Shown: in pieces, positions 31,122 through 40,549 of the stretch
Layout of the letters: each line of letters begins with the position of its first letter
How positions within the stretch are numbered: the stretch's first letter is position 1
Notes under the pieces: generated by a model
Seen by the model: the letters and a program-made list of their open reading frames with translations, nothing else
What the model was told of the DNA's origin: nothing
Databases searched by the model: none
Made by a program: the position numbers and the translations under genes
Source of the DNA: an uncultured virus (IMG/VR IMGVR_UViG_3300050821_000498)
Taxonomy: Duplodnaviria; Heunggongvirae; Uroviricota; Caudoviricetes
IMG/VR virus record: IMGVR_UViG_3300050821_000498
Length of the DNA stretch: 64,000 nt
Reading direction: 5' to 3' (one strand)

Positions 31122-31541
31122 TTAAGCGTTCTCTGATTGTGTCAAAAAACCAGAGTTATCTCCAAGCTGTGCATCTACCTGATCTTTTACCCAATTGAAG
31201 CGAGAATCTAGATACAAGGCTTTATAAGCATCTTGATTATCCAATGCTTGACCATCAATATCCAAGTTAGTGATACTCTCAGTAATATTCGCCAGCAATT
31301 CTGCATTGTCTTCCCTCATAACTTCGACTGAGATATTCTTGTTATTTCCACGACGTTTTTGTTTAGCTGCCATCGCTGCTACAGCTTGTCGCCATACTTT
31401 AGAGCTTGTACCGTGAATCTCAAATTCGACTGGCTGTGTATTAGTCGGAGAATCAGCAAACAATTCTTCACCTGTTACTGGATGACGCAATTGAAATGTG
31501 GTAGTATCTTTTAGTGCCAAAGCGGATAGATTAAAACTCAT
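31122..31541 (-). CDS. Tail assembly chaperone (lambda gpG-like)
   Basis: Between tail tube and TMP; LRHPVTGEEL; slippery site at its 3' end. Confidence 0.82.
   Translation of the reverse strand: MSFNLSALALKDTTTFQLRHPVTGEELFADSPTNTQPVEFEIHGTSSKVWRQAVAAMAAKQKRRGNNKNISVEVMREDNAELLANITESITNLDIDGQALDNQDAYKALYLDSRFNWVKDQVDAQLGDNSGFLTQSENA
31143..31149 (-). other. Programmed -1 ribosomal frameshift site T TTT TTG
   Basis: GGT TTT TTG; the -1 frame reads FDTIRERLTLHVRQ into MAWY with no stop. Confidence 0.8.
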
Positions 31542-31560
31542 TTTATATTTCCTTATAATT

Positions 31561-31600
31561 AAAATAAAAATAGGAGGGTAACTTTTCAGTTAAGCCTCCT
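31561..31600 (-). terminator. Intrinsic terminator downstream of the tail tube gene
   Basis: AGGAGG/CCTCCT stem plus T-rich tail on the - strand. Confidence 0.65.
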
Positions 31601-31733
31601 TGTAAGCACACTTAATCTTTGTTAAATTATGCTTGACTTCCTTGTGTATACTGACTATTATGTAATCAGTTTTTCAAAACACACTTTGTTAAATATGTTT
31701 TGAAAAGAACCTACTAAGGTTCTTAATGTTCAA

Positions 31734-32183
31734 TTACAGAACATCACCATCAACTTCAAGCGAAACATTGGAGCCAGTAATAGTATCAACTGTACTAATC
31801 ATGATAGTTACGGACATGCACTGAGCCGAGAAGTAATTGTAGGTTCCATCTTGGTAAGTTACTTTATAGGCGTAGCTATTATCGCTGTCGCGAGCAGCCA
31901 ATAAGGCCGATTGACCTGCATCAGTAAATGCTTTAGCCATTTTAATAGCCATCGCACCATTGTCGTAGCTACCTTTACGTTTAAATGTAGTACGATTACC
32001 AAGAGGGTTATGTTTTACCAAATTAAACTTTTTACCAAATTCACCAAGATCGGTAATTTCAGCAATAGGTACATAAGTCAACGCACCAAATCCTGGCAAG
32101 TCATATGTTGCAGGGAAGATTGTACCAGATGCAATAGAGAGGGTTGTACCTGCACTGGTTTTTGCTAAACTAGTTCCAGCCAT
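31734..32183 (-). CDS. Major tail (tube) protein
   Basis: Position; I.DLGEFG..KRKGSYDNG..D.GQ..L motif. Confidence 0.8.
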   Translation of the reverse strand: MAGTSLAKTSAGTTLSIASGTIFPATYDLPGFGALTYVPIAEITDLGEFGKKFNLVKHNPLGNRTTFKRKGSYDNGAMAIKMAKAFTDAGQSALLAARDSDNSYAYKVTYQDGTYNYFSAQCMSVTIMISTVDTITGSNVSLEVDGDVL

Positions 32184-32203
32184 AATATATTTCCTTTATT
32201 AAA

Positions 32204-32551
32204 TTAAACAAACAGAGTAGCTGTGATACCAGTACCACCAGTCATAGTGATAGTGCCAGAGAGATAACTAGCAATATGGTCAAGTGCGATAGACTTCTTA
32301 GCACCTGCTGCAAGAGTTACGGAGAAACCGCCAGATGTAGTAACCGCACCACCTAAACCTGCTGGAGATACCGATGTAGCGCCAGAGCCAGTGATAAGAA
32401 CTGTCAAAGAGCCAGCTGTAGTATTTTCTAAATACAGTGTTTGCTTTGCACCAGAGATATATGTAAAAGTGTCAGATGCTGTTAACGTAAAAGCTGCCAC
32501 AGTAACAGGCCCGTAAATATTAACCATTGCATTCTGTGTAATTGTTGCCAT
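32204..32551 (-). CDS. Virion structural protein (tail-associated, beta-sandwich)
   Basis: Thr/Gly/Ala-rich, strong RBS, just upstream of the tube gene. Confidence 0.6.
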   Translation of the reverse strand: MATITQNAMVNIYGPVTVAAFTLTASDTFTYISGAKQTLYLENTTAGSLTVLITGSGATSVSPAGLGGAVTTSGGFSVTLAAGAKKSIALDHIASYLSGTITMTGGTGITATLFV

Positions 32552-32606
32552 TATTTATTTCCTTTAGAAATTTTGCCTTCCGGCTTTTGATGCCCGAAAG
32601 GGCTAA

Positions 32607-33008
32607 TTAGTATTCGTATCTGAATTTTACTGTTACTGGTATCACTATCCAGTTAGTATCTTCATAGGGTTTTGCAGAGTTAGGAGTTTGCTCTACTGAG
32701 ACATTTCCAGTCTTAGGAATAACTGGATACAGATTAACTATTGAAGCTGCCAGTGACTCTACTTGCCCCATTCCTTTTCCAATAGGTGCAAAGCAATTTA
32801 CTTGAAAAATACCTATATCCCTTTTTCTTAATCCATCAACTGTGGGGTTAGTAGTCATTGTAGGCATAAAGAATGCCTCTACAAAAACATTACTTATTGA
32901 AGGTTTATTGAAAGCTACATTTTCTAACGATACTGGAACTGGAGGAACTTGAGAAGCTGCCCAATTAAGGAGTTTAATTTCTAGTTCGCTTCTTATTGGA
33001 TTTGTCAT
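32607..33008 (-). CDS. Tail terminator-like protein
   Basis: GIFQVNCFAP.G.G motif; position. Confidence 0.75.
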   Translation of the reverse strand: MTNPIRSELEIKLLNWAASQVPPVPVSLENVAFNKPSISNVFVEAFFMPTMTTNPTVDGLRKRDIGIFQVNCFAPIGKGMGQVESLAASIVNLYPVIPKTGNVSVEQTPNSAKPYEDTNWIVIPVTVKFRYEY

Positions 33009-33415
33009 ACTGCTGCTCCATGTGAGAACAAGGCTTTTCTAATCATTGCGTAAGGAGATGTTCTATTCCATCCTGCATACTCAGCTTTGTAAGCATAAGA
33101 TAAATTATTAGATAAGCTGACAGTGCCATCTTTCCCTAAAAATATTTTTGAATTATTAACAGAGGCAATCCTTGCCATGCTCTCTGCTCCGTAAGGGCTT
33201 GTGTTATTCCCTACTTCAGAAGACGGTTCAGATGTCAAAGAGACGTACCATTGATTGACTAACTCACCCTTAGCCCAAGGGCTAAGATTAATAGGGGATG
33301 GACTTAGATTAACTACCATTTTGAAAAGGCTTACAGCTTTTGTCTCTATATTTTTATTCGTTGTTTCTAGAAGTTTATCAATATTTTCATTGACAGAAGC
33401 TAGAAAATCAGCCAT
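33005..33415 (-). CDS. Neck/tail completion protein (HK97 gp10-like)
   Basis: G.L.NQW and L.NN..YA..EY.G motifs. Confidence 0.7.
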   Translation of the reverse strand: MADFLASVNENIDKLLETTNKNIETKAVSLFKMVVNLSPSPINLSPWAKGELVNQWYVSLTSEPSSEVGNNTSPYGAESMARIASVNNSKIFLGKDGTVSLSNNLSYAYKAEYAGWNRTSPYAMIRKALFSHGAAV

Positions 33416-33436
33416 ACTAACTCCTTTATATGTGAA

Positions 33437-33464
33437 ATTATACCATACTTTTGCTATTTGTCAA
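33437..33464 (-). promoter_or_regulatory. sigma70-like promoter with extended -10
   Basis: TTGACA-N16-TATAAT with TG. Confidence 0.7.
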
Positions 33465-33474
33465 GTTATTTCTA

Positions 33475-33774
33475 TTATATAAGTTTACAAGACAATACAA
33501 TTACTCGGCTGTCTGTAGTAACTGGATTAGCTGTTATAATTGTGTTAGTAAGATAATAGATACTATTCAATACGCCCCCTACTGCTAGTACGGATGTAAT
33601 GTTGCCAGTTACTTGAGGATTAGTCAGAATAATTCCTGTTGTAGCACTCCATGTACTTGAAGATATAGTTTGACCAGTTTCCAAATAGCTTGACCAGTCA
33701 AATCCATAATCTAGATTGGCACCTGGGGAATGATCAAACTCATTACTAAATGTTGTGTTGCAAGACATTATCAC
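33475..33774 (-). CDS. Fibre-adaptor-like virion protein
   Basis: P...LDYGFDWS.YL..G.TISSSTW motif. Confidence 0.6.
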   Translation of the reverse strand: MIMSCNTTFSNEFDHSPGANLDYGFDWSSYLETGQTISSSTWSATTGIILTNPQVTGNITSVLAVGGVLNSIYYLTNTIITANPVTTDSRVIVLSCKLI

Positions 33775-33789
33775 CTTTCTAGAGTTTGA

Positions 33790-34830
33790 TCATAAAATTA
33801 CAATACGTTTAATATTATTTACTACTGAGTATCTTGTAGTTGTAGGATATACAGTTCTGATTCCATGCAAAGTATATGCTCCAAATGCAGGGCTATATGT
33901 GAGTGTTGCAGAATACCCAGTTAGGTTAAAATTACCTGTATTTGAAGATAGTAATCTAGTCCTGTTGAAAGAGATTATATTTCCTGTCATTGAATATTGT
34001 GCACTATTACTTATTAGTTTTCTTCCTACGAGTAAATTACCAGTGTTACCAGTTAGAGCATATCCACCGGATATTGACTGCATTTTCCTTGCAGAAAGCA
34101 GATTAGCACTGTAACCTGATACATTAAAACTAGAAGTATTCAATAAAATATTTCTACTGGCTTTTAACACTATTGTATTACCTGCTACACTGTAAGCTCC
34201 AGTTGCGGATACTAAAGTTTTACCTTTATTTAAGCTTACTGAAAAACCTATATATACAAACGATCCAGCATTTGATGGCAAGACGCTATTTTTTAATAGT
34301 TTTGTAGAAACACCATTTAATGTATATGTTCCATTTGCAGCAAGGAGTCTGTAACCTTTCAACAGAGAAACATTGTTGATATTCAGCAAGTAGGAACCTG
34401 TTGCTGAAACTAATGTTTTTCCTTTATTAAGACTAACTGTGTTACCTGTTAGTAAATACGAACCAGTGATGGCAGACAGTTTTCTAGTGGCCGTTAGTCC
34501 AACACTGTAAGCAGTTAAATTATAGGCTCCAACTGTGGATACTAATTTTCTACCTGTTAGAAGTGTTGCTGCGTTGCCAGAGAGTGTATAGCTCCCTGCA
34601 CTAGAAGATATTGCATAACCTTTTTTAATTACTACATTAAAAGGAGTTAGAGTGTACGTACCTATTGTGGAATTTACAAATCTTCCTGCTTTTAAAATTG
34701 ATGTCATTCCAACAGCAGTAAACGTGCCAGTGGCAGCAACTAGCGTATAAGCATTAGCTGTTGTGATCTTAGGAGATTTACCAAAAGATACTTTACCATA
34801 GCTGGCACGTCCATAACTCATGTAGGCCAC
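33790..34830 (-). CDS. Virion protein made of ~13 tandem 22-aa repeats (putative neck/head fibre scaffold)
   Basis: Repeat such as KTLVSATGSYLLNINNVSLLKG. Confidence 0.65.
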   Translation of the reverse strand: MAYMSYGRASYGKVSFGKSPKITTANAYTLVAATGTFTAVGMTSILKAGRFVNSTIGTYTLTPFNVVIKKGYAISSSAGSYTLSGNAATLLTGRKLVSTVGAYNLTAYSVGLTATRKLSAITGSYLLTGNTVSLNKGKTLVSATGSYLLNINNVSLLKGYRLLAANGTYTLNGVSTKLLKNSVLPSNAGSFVYIGFSVSLNKGKTLVSATGAYSVAGNTIVLKASRNILLNTSSFNVSGYSANLLSARKMQSISGGYALTGNTGNLLVGRKLISNSAQYSMTGNIISFNRTRLLSSNTGNFNLTGYSATLTYSPAFGAYTLHGIRTVYPTTTRYSVVNNIKRIVIL

Positions 34831-35324
34831 CCATTAGAAAAATCATAAGTTTGAGGATTAGCAGAAGCCATCATGTTAGCCTTGTGTACCTCAGCGGCAG
34901 CAAATATAGCTTGATCACTAGAAGCAGTGGCAGAAAAAATTTGTTCGGCTAGAGTAGGGGTCATTGAGACAAAAGAACCGTCCATAGTTTTCCATTGGAG
35001 ATTGACAGGTATGTTAGCTCCCATTAACACAAGCCCAAGTTGTTGTATCCTTGAAGCGGGGTCAGAGTGAAATTTCTTAGTGCCAATAACAACCCCCAAT
35101 ACTTGTCTTCTATCTCTTTCAGTTTTAATTTCTTCCCATTTAGCATCTTGCCTAGATGGAATAGGGTTAAAAGAATCTATAATTTGTTGTACAGCTACAT
35201 CGTCAGAGCTAATCCAAATACCATTTTCTTCCTTTAACCAATAACCTACTTGACGAATGGCTTGATGTAACTCCGTACCTTTTTCTACATAATTTATCAT
35301 GCTACTACCTTTAAACCTATCCAT
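34818..35324 (-). CDS. DUF4376-like fibre-associated protein
   Basis: W..IK.ERDRR..G, FHSD..SR, WKTMDGSFV motifs. Confidence 0.7.
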   Translation of the reverse strand: MDRFKGSSMINYVEKGTELHQAIRQVGYWLKEENGIWISSDDVAVQQIIDSFNPIPSRQDAKWEEIKTERDRRQVLGVVIGTKKFHSDPASRIQQLGLVLMGANIPVNLQWKTMDGSFVSMTPTLAEQIFSATASSDQAIFAAAEVHKANMMASANPQTYDFSNGWPT

Positions 35325-36259
35325 GCACTGCCTGGGTTATCTGCCCTAGCAGAGTACATAGTTCCGCTACCTAGCGAAGGTAAGGAAGGCATACCAGCAG
35401 CGTAGCTACCTGCTACCCAACACCCTGCACCATAGCCATAGCCACCATTTTTACCTAATGGCGTAGGATACTTAATATTAGAGGGATTACTATGTCTTAT
35501 TACGACAGTGCTGTCATTGCCTATAAAACCTATAACATACCAGCCTGGAGTCAACCAGACGGGGCCAGAAGTACTCCATGTAGAGTTAGTGCTGTCCGTC
35601 TTCGTTCCTGTAGTAGCAGTACTTATAGTATTAAAATTAACTATTTTATTACCAGGTAATCCATTTGTTCCTAGCTCATAAAGACAAAGTTTCAAATTAG
35701 AACTAGCTGATGATGTGACAACTTCAAATTGGATAGCTGTCAGCAGCCCAGCGGAGTTAAGTGGATAGTAAGCATAATTTTCTCTGTCCGAAGTTAATGC
35801 TGTAGTACCAGCTCCATTATTGTCACCTGACATAATGGAGCTTATAGGGTAATCTCTCCAAACAGTGTCCCCAACGACAACTGTTTGGAAACTATCCACA
35901 ATTGGAGACTGATTTTGTGCTGTAGCACCCATTCGGACAATGATATTTCCAATTGTAGGTGTACTGCCGAATTGTAACGCAGTTACTGCGCCAGTTTTAC
36001 CGTCTTTCCAGGTAGTGCCATCCCAAGTAATTTGTGGCCTTGTACGAGTAAGAACATTACTATTCATCACCCCCAAACCCTGCTCATATTTCTTATTTAC
36101 AATGTCTTCAATGATATATCTAACAGTCCTTGCACCCGCCCCAAAAACTGTGCTAAATCTAGGGTATCCAGTTGATGTTGATGTTGTTACTGCGCCGTCA
36201 CCTGAAGTACCAGCGATGCTTGTAGTAGTTTCTTCCACATAATCAGCGGCCATTGTCAT
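35297..36259 (-). CDS. Virion fibre/appendage protein
   Basis: ADYVEETTTS..G N-terminus, E.GLG..LTR; beta-rich C-terminal domain. Confidence 0.6.
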   Translation of the reverse strand: MTMAADYVEETTTSIAGTSGDGAVTTSTSTGYPRFSTVFGAGARTVRYIIEDIVNKKYEQGLGVMNSNVLTRTRPQITWDGTTWKDGKTGAVTALQFGSTPTIGNIIVRMGATAQNQSPIVDSFQTVVVGDTVWRDYPISSIMSGDNNGAGTTALTSDRENYAYYPLNSAGLLTAIQFEVVTSSASSNLKLCLYELGTNGLPGNKIVNFNTISTATTGTKTDSTNSTWSTSGPVWLTPGWYVIGFIGNDSTVVIRHSNPSNIKYPTPLGKNGGYGYGAGCWVAGSYAAGMPSLPSLGSGTMYSARADNPGSAWIGLKVVA

Positions 36260-36654
36260 ATTGTCACCTTGTCTGTTAGTCTATCTAACCACTCTTTAGG
36301 GACACCTTCTGAATTAAATGCCTTTGGAAATAAATCTCCGTTTTCATACCTTATATCATGGTCACAGTCCACTTGCGCATCTAATGTCATTGGCACTAAT
36401 CCATGCTTGACATGCGCGGGAACAGTGAATAAATCTCCAGTATTTAGTACGTGACATTCATTTCCTGCGTAGATTCTTACTGGCCCTTTTATAATATTCA
36501 TAACATGGTCAAATGCGTGAGAATGCATTTCAACTTCTCTCGTAGGCATGTCAAATAGCATACTCACACCAATTTTACCAGGAACATCATGTTTTAAAGT
36601 TACGAGTGGGCCATTAGCATGTGTCCTATACTGTGTGTGATTAACGTAAATCAT
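36256..36654 (-). CDS. Cupin-domain protein
   Basis: HSH.FDH..IIKG and GD..VPAHVKH cupin motifs. Confidence 0.75.
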   Translation of the reverse strand: MIYVNHTQYRTHANGPLVTLKHDVPGKIGVSMLFDMPTREVEMHSHAFDHVMNIIKGPVRIYAGNECHVLNTGDLFTVPAHVKHGLVPMTLDAQVDCDHDIRYENGDLFPKAFNSEGVPKEWLDRLTDKVTI

Positions 36655-36655
36655 A

Positions 36656-37072
36656 CTATACTACCGTAAATACACCGTTAGTTGCATCAAATTGATCTGT
36701 GAAGGTTTCAGAAGCATTCAAAGTAATTGCTGAACCATAATCATACCAACCGATAAGCTCACCATTTGTAGCTGTGCTGTTATATAATACAACGTAACGG
36801 AAAGGCCCAAAACCAGTTGTAGCTGTAAAAACTACATTGTTCAAAACAAGTTTATATGTGCCAGAAGTTTGAGAAGAACTTACTAAAGTTGCTTGAGTGC
36901 CGCCTGCAGTATAACCACCACCAGCTGCAATTTCGGTAATGTCAGTTTTAACTGCATTGGTTGCGACTGGTGCAGTGTTAGTCAACATTACTTTAAGATT
37001 GTCAGAAGCTAAATTATGGACTTTTTCAGCCATCGCTTTAGTAAAAGCATTAAATTTATTGTATGAAGCCAT
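36656..37072 (-). CDS. Small virion protein (appendage subunit-like)
   Basis: D.LKVML..EI..GGGYTAGG..YVVLYN..LIGWYDYG motif. Confidence 0.65.
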   Translation of the reverse strand: MASYNKFNAFTKAMAEKVHNLASDNLKVMLTNTAPVATNAVKTDITEIAAGGGYTAGGTQATLVSSSQTSGTYKLVLNNVVFTATTGFGPFRYVVLYNSTATNGELIGWYDYGSAITLNASETFTDQFDATNGVFTVV

Positions 37073-37084
37073 GAAATAATTCCT

Positions 37085-37477
37085 TTATATTTTAGCTATC
37101 AACTCTATGAATATAGAGTTGTTCATTGTTGTGTTAAGTTGTTTGACATTAGTTATTCTATATATGTCATTACCTATTTGTATTCTGTCTTTATTAGGCT
37201 GAGGCAAATAGAATGGCTTATTACCAGATTTATTATTTGGCTGTATAAATATTTGCTTATTACCTTCTTCAATTAAAGTGTTAGGTAAAAAACCTAAACC
37301 CTCTTTTTTAAGAGTAAAATCAAATATAATTGCATTTACTGTGTAGTCAGTTTCAGAGGCAGTCCAAGTAGATGTAGCAGGATCATAGACACCTGTAGAG
37401 CCTGGAGCAAGTATTATTGCTGAAGTTCCGAACCTTGCCATCATTGTACAAACAGCCCTATCAAAAGGATTTTGCAT
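37085..37477 (-). CDS. Head-closure/neck protein
   Basis: G.YDP.T motif; position. Confidence 0.65.
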   Translation of the reverse strand: MQNPFDRAVCTMMARFGTSAIILAPGSTGVYDPATSTWTASETDYTVNAIIFDFTLKKEGLGFLPNTLIEEGNKQIFIQPNNKSGNKPFYLPQPNKDRIQIGNDIYRITNVKQLNTTMNNSIFIELIAKI

Positions 37478-37486
37478 GTTTATCCT

Positions 37487-37930
37487 TTAAATAAAATAAG
37501 GTATTCCGTAGGGATTTTCAGTTTGAAATTGTGCTGTTACATGCATCAGGTCGCTTTGTGTGCCAGATGCCCAATTATTATTAAAATCTTCTTGAAATTG
37601 TATTAATGGATGCTCACAATCTACACCAGCACCAAAAGGAATTGGCCCAAGTTCCATCATATTAGGATTAAGAATAGTTTTTTCTAAAAATACTCTATAG
37701 TTATTAAACCACCCGTCACCCCAGATTTCCATTTGGGCTAATTTTTGATGTGTTTGACAAGCTAAACTCCCGAGTATATATCCAGCCATACGCTTAGCTG
37801 CTTGTGGTATGCTACCATTTACATCTGTTAATACTGATTGATATACGTTGTCGGGAAACAAAGGTAGGTCACTATAGTCCGCACAACGGAGTCTTACCTT
37901 ACCTATAGGACTAGAGGGGTCTATGATCAT
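37487..37930 (-). CDS. Head-tail adaptor protein
   Basis: I.KVRLR..D motif; first conserved gene after the MCP. Confidence 0.65.
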   Translation of the reverse strand: MIIDPSSPIGKVRLRCADYSDLPLFPDNVYQSVLTDVNGSIPQAAKRMAGYILGSLACQTHQKLAQMEIWGDGWFNNYRVFLEKTILNPNMMELGPIPFGAGVDCEHPLIQFQEDFNNNWASGTQSDLMHVTAQFQTENPYGIPYFI

Positions 37931-37979
37931 ATTACTTCCTTTATATTATTTTATACACCTCGTAAGAAGAATATAAAAT

Positions 37980-38004
37980 AAAAAACCTCGTAAGAGGCTT
38001 CTTT
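37980..38004 (-). terminator. Intrinsic terminator for the capsid transcript
   Basis: CCTC-TTAC-GAGG then T run on the - strand. Confidence 0.6.
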
Positions 38005-38024
38005 TGTATATCTTTAGAAATTAT

Positions 38025-38927
38025 CTAAGTGTTATTTGGGCGATTGCCATATAATTCTTCTGATTTATCATCTACAGCTTTGGCTGCATCTAACTCATCA
38101 ATATACGTCCCTAAAGATAACCTCTTACCGTTTGGGTGTGCTAAACGAGCTTGATACTTACCATTTGCTTGGGTAGTAACACCTTTATATCCAGATAAGC
38201 AGTTAGGTTTCTTACGTTGATTCACACACTGTATTTGCCTATTAGCCCACCTACAATTATCCTTGCTATAGCCTTTATCATTATCTGTTCTATCTATAGT
38301 AAGAATGTCTGAATAAGTGTCTTTCATATCTTCGTAGAAATTTTCAAACTTAAGCCATTCATTACAAATTGTAATACCACGTTCACCGTAGTCTTTATAA
38401 GCTGAGTTCTTAGGGTTGGTGCATCTGCCGACTATTTTACTCCAAATACTATAAATACGCGTCCCTACCATGCCATGTGTTGTGGCTTTTATTTTGCGAA
38501 TAACTTTTGTATAACATCCACAAGATGGATGTTCACTTTTAAACAAAGAATTAACATCAATGCTATAATTATTTCCACAACTACAAGTGCATACGAACTG
38601 TCTATTATTTCTACCTGAAGGTAGTATTTTGTATTCTTCAGAGATTACAGTCAACTCTCCATAAGTCTGATTTAGATGTTCTTCTAATGTGTTTTTCTGT
38701 CTTTTATTAGCGAATCTCTTTGCAGTTTCTTTACGAAGACACCCACACGAGACTGTATATCCTTGGATGACATTATCTGCTCCTATGTATTTTATATTTC
38801 CACAAGAACATTTACATTCTAATTTTAATAGTTGGCTACCTATCTTAGATTCAAAATACTTTCCACCTATTATTTCTAACCTACCAAAAATTTTTCCGAT
38901 ATTTTCTACAACTTTTTTAATTTCCAT
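38025..38927 (-). CDS. HNH-AP2 homing endonuclease (free-standing)
   Basis: Two C.CSCG/SCGC repeats, YGERGITIC, TIDRTDNDKGYSKDNCRW, AP2-like tail. Confidence 0.87.
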   Translation of the reverse strand: MEIKKVVENIGKIFGRLEIIGGKYFESKIGSQLLKLECKCSCGNIKYIGADNVIQGYTVSCGCLRKETAKRFANKRQKNTLEEHLNQTYGELTVISEEYKILPSGRNNRQFVCTCSCGNNYSIDVNSLFKSEHPSCGCYTKVIRKIKATTHGMVGTRIYSIWSKIVGRCTNPKNSAYKDYGERGITICNEWLKFENFYEDMKDTYSDILTIDRTDNDKGYSKDNCRWANRQIQCVNQRKKPNCLSGYKGVTTQANGKYQARLAHPNGKRLSLGTYIDELDAAKAVDDKSEELYGNRPNNT

Positions 38928-38961
38928 TCTAATTACCTCACTGTTATGAACTTACACAGTT

Positions 38962-38989
38962 ATTATACCATGTAAATTCATAATGTCAA
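38962..38989 (-). promoter_or_regulatory. sigma70-like promoter for the homing endonuclease
   Basis: TTGACA-N16-TATAAT with TG. Confidence 0.7.
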
Positions 38990-39010
38990 GTAACTAAATA
39001 CTAATTACTA

Positions 39011-40039
39011 TCAATTTGAGGTCGTAAGCCTGACCACGAGTGCCGGTTTCAACAATGCATTAGCATAGTTAGATTCAGTTTCAATCTCAATAGAAGTGCC
39101 ATTCATAGACTGTGTTTCAAACATATAGACTTGTTCGCCCAATGTATTAACAGTAAAGAAACGTTCTGCTGGAGAGAAATAAGTACGGAAATAATCAGTA
39201 CCTGTAGGAACCATAACTGCATCACCTGCTGGAATCAACTGATTACCTGCATATTGATCACGCATCTCGATGAACAAGCAACCGCCATATTCAAATGTAC
39301 GATGCAATGCTACAGCAGAGCTATCAGGAGATAAACGATTACGCAAAGGCTGTTGAGCACCGTTTACTGTGTAGTACTGGTATGCAGTAGTTACATAGGA
39401 ATGGGAAATCAGCTTAGCAAAGAATGTAGGCGAGCACAGAGCTACCACACCAGTGATGCTTACCATACCTGCGTTATCTTGAATAGCCGAAATACCTGCT
39501 TCAACTTTAGAAATAACGTTAGTACCTGCTGTACCAAGCAAGAAATCTACTACAGTCTGAGTTACGCCAAACTCTGTAAACCAGTTTTGAGATACAGTGC
39601 CGTTTGGCGCGTATACATTACCAGTTGTCAGAGCTACTGCACGAGCATATTCCAATGTAACAGCATGGCTATTACGGATACGCTCCATACGACGCATACG
39701 AACACCTTCCAATGTCTCTGCTTCAGACAAATTAGTGTAAGCAGAACGGCCTTGGATATCTTTAGGCAGAATTGCGTCATCCAACGGGAAGTGTGGTACA
39801 CTGAAAGTATGTAGCTTACGTTTGTAGTCTTTATTGAAGTTGGAACGGTCGCCACGGACACGATCTACTACCAAACCGAAATCACGATTAACTTCTTGGA
39901 ATTGAACTACATGTTCTGCTACAGGCTCTTCAGTGAAGATGCCTAAGTTGCCAATAGTTCCCCATGTATTAGGGATAATATTGACTTCACGAGTCCAATC
40001 TGAGAGCTGGAACGAGTTACCTAGATCACGAATAATCAT
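39011..40039 (-). CDS. Major capsid protein (lambda gpE-like family)
   Basis: 342 aa after the decoration gene; PHFPLDD.I...DIQG, TLEYAR..AL motifs. Confidence 0.9.
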   Translation of the reverse strand: MIIRDLGNSFQLSDWTREVNIIPNTWGTIGNLGIFTEEPVAEHVVQFQEVNRDFGLVVDRVRGDRSNFNKDYKRKLHTFSVPHFPLDDAILPKDIQGRSAYTNLSEAETLEGVRMRRMERIRNSHAVTLEYARAVALTTGNVYAPNGTVSQNWFTEFGVTQTVVDFLLGTAGTNVISKVEAGISAIQDNAGMVSITGVVALCSPTFFAKLISHSYVTTAYQYYTVNGAQQPLRNRLSPDSSAVALHRTFEYGGCLFIEMRDQYAGNQLIPAGDAVMVPTGTDYFRTYFSPAERFFTVNTLGEQVYMFETQSMNGTSIEIETESNYANALLKPALVVRLTTSN

Positions 40040-40094
40040 TTGTTGTTTCCTTTATTTATTTTATAAAATATCTTGCAATTTCAACGATTATTCG

Positions 40095-40517
40095 TTAAAC
40101 TGATTGCTCACAGATAATATTAATAGCCTTAAGTGATGCGTACAAACCATTCAGCAATGCGCCAGCAGTGAAAGAAGCATCAACTACCAAAGCTGCTTGA
40201 GACAATACAATTTTGCCGCGAGTGATCGCAACAACTTTAGTATCAGTAGTAGCTGGAATTGTGATAGTGCCAATATTACCGAAAGAATCACCAATATACA
40301 CAGCAGCAGGTACTTGAGAGCCATCAGATGCAGCTTGTTTGCAGATAATATATTTACCAGATGCGGTAATTTTACCTAACACTGTACCTACAGCATAAGT
40401 TTGTTGAGAAGCTTCGTTAACTGTTACAACATCGTTGTATAGTTCTGGAGCATGGGGAGCATCCATCTGCTTGATTAGAGCACCAATCCGTGCGGTTTCA
40501 GTAGCAATAACTGTCAT
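40095..40517 (-). CDS. Head decoration protein
   Basis: GTVLGKITASGKY..A.DGSQ motif. Confidence 0.85.
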   Translation of the reverse strand: MTVIATETARIGALIKQMDAPHAPELYNDVVTVNEASQQTYAVGTVLGKITASGKYIICKQAASDGSQVPAAVYIGDSFGNIGTITIPATTDTKVVAITRGKIVLSQAALVVDASFTAGALLNGLYASLKAINIICEQSV

Positions 40518-40549
40518 TTTTATTTCCTTTTAAGTTAAATTTGTGCTAC

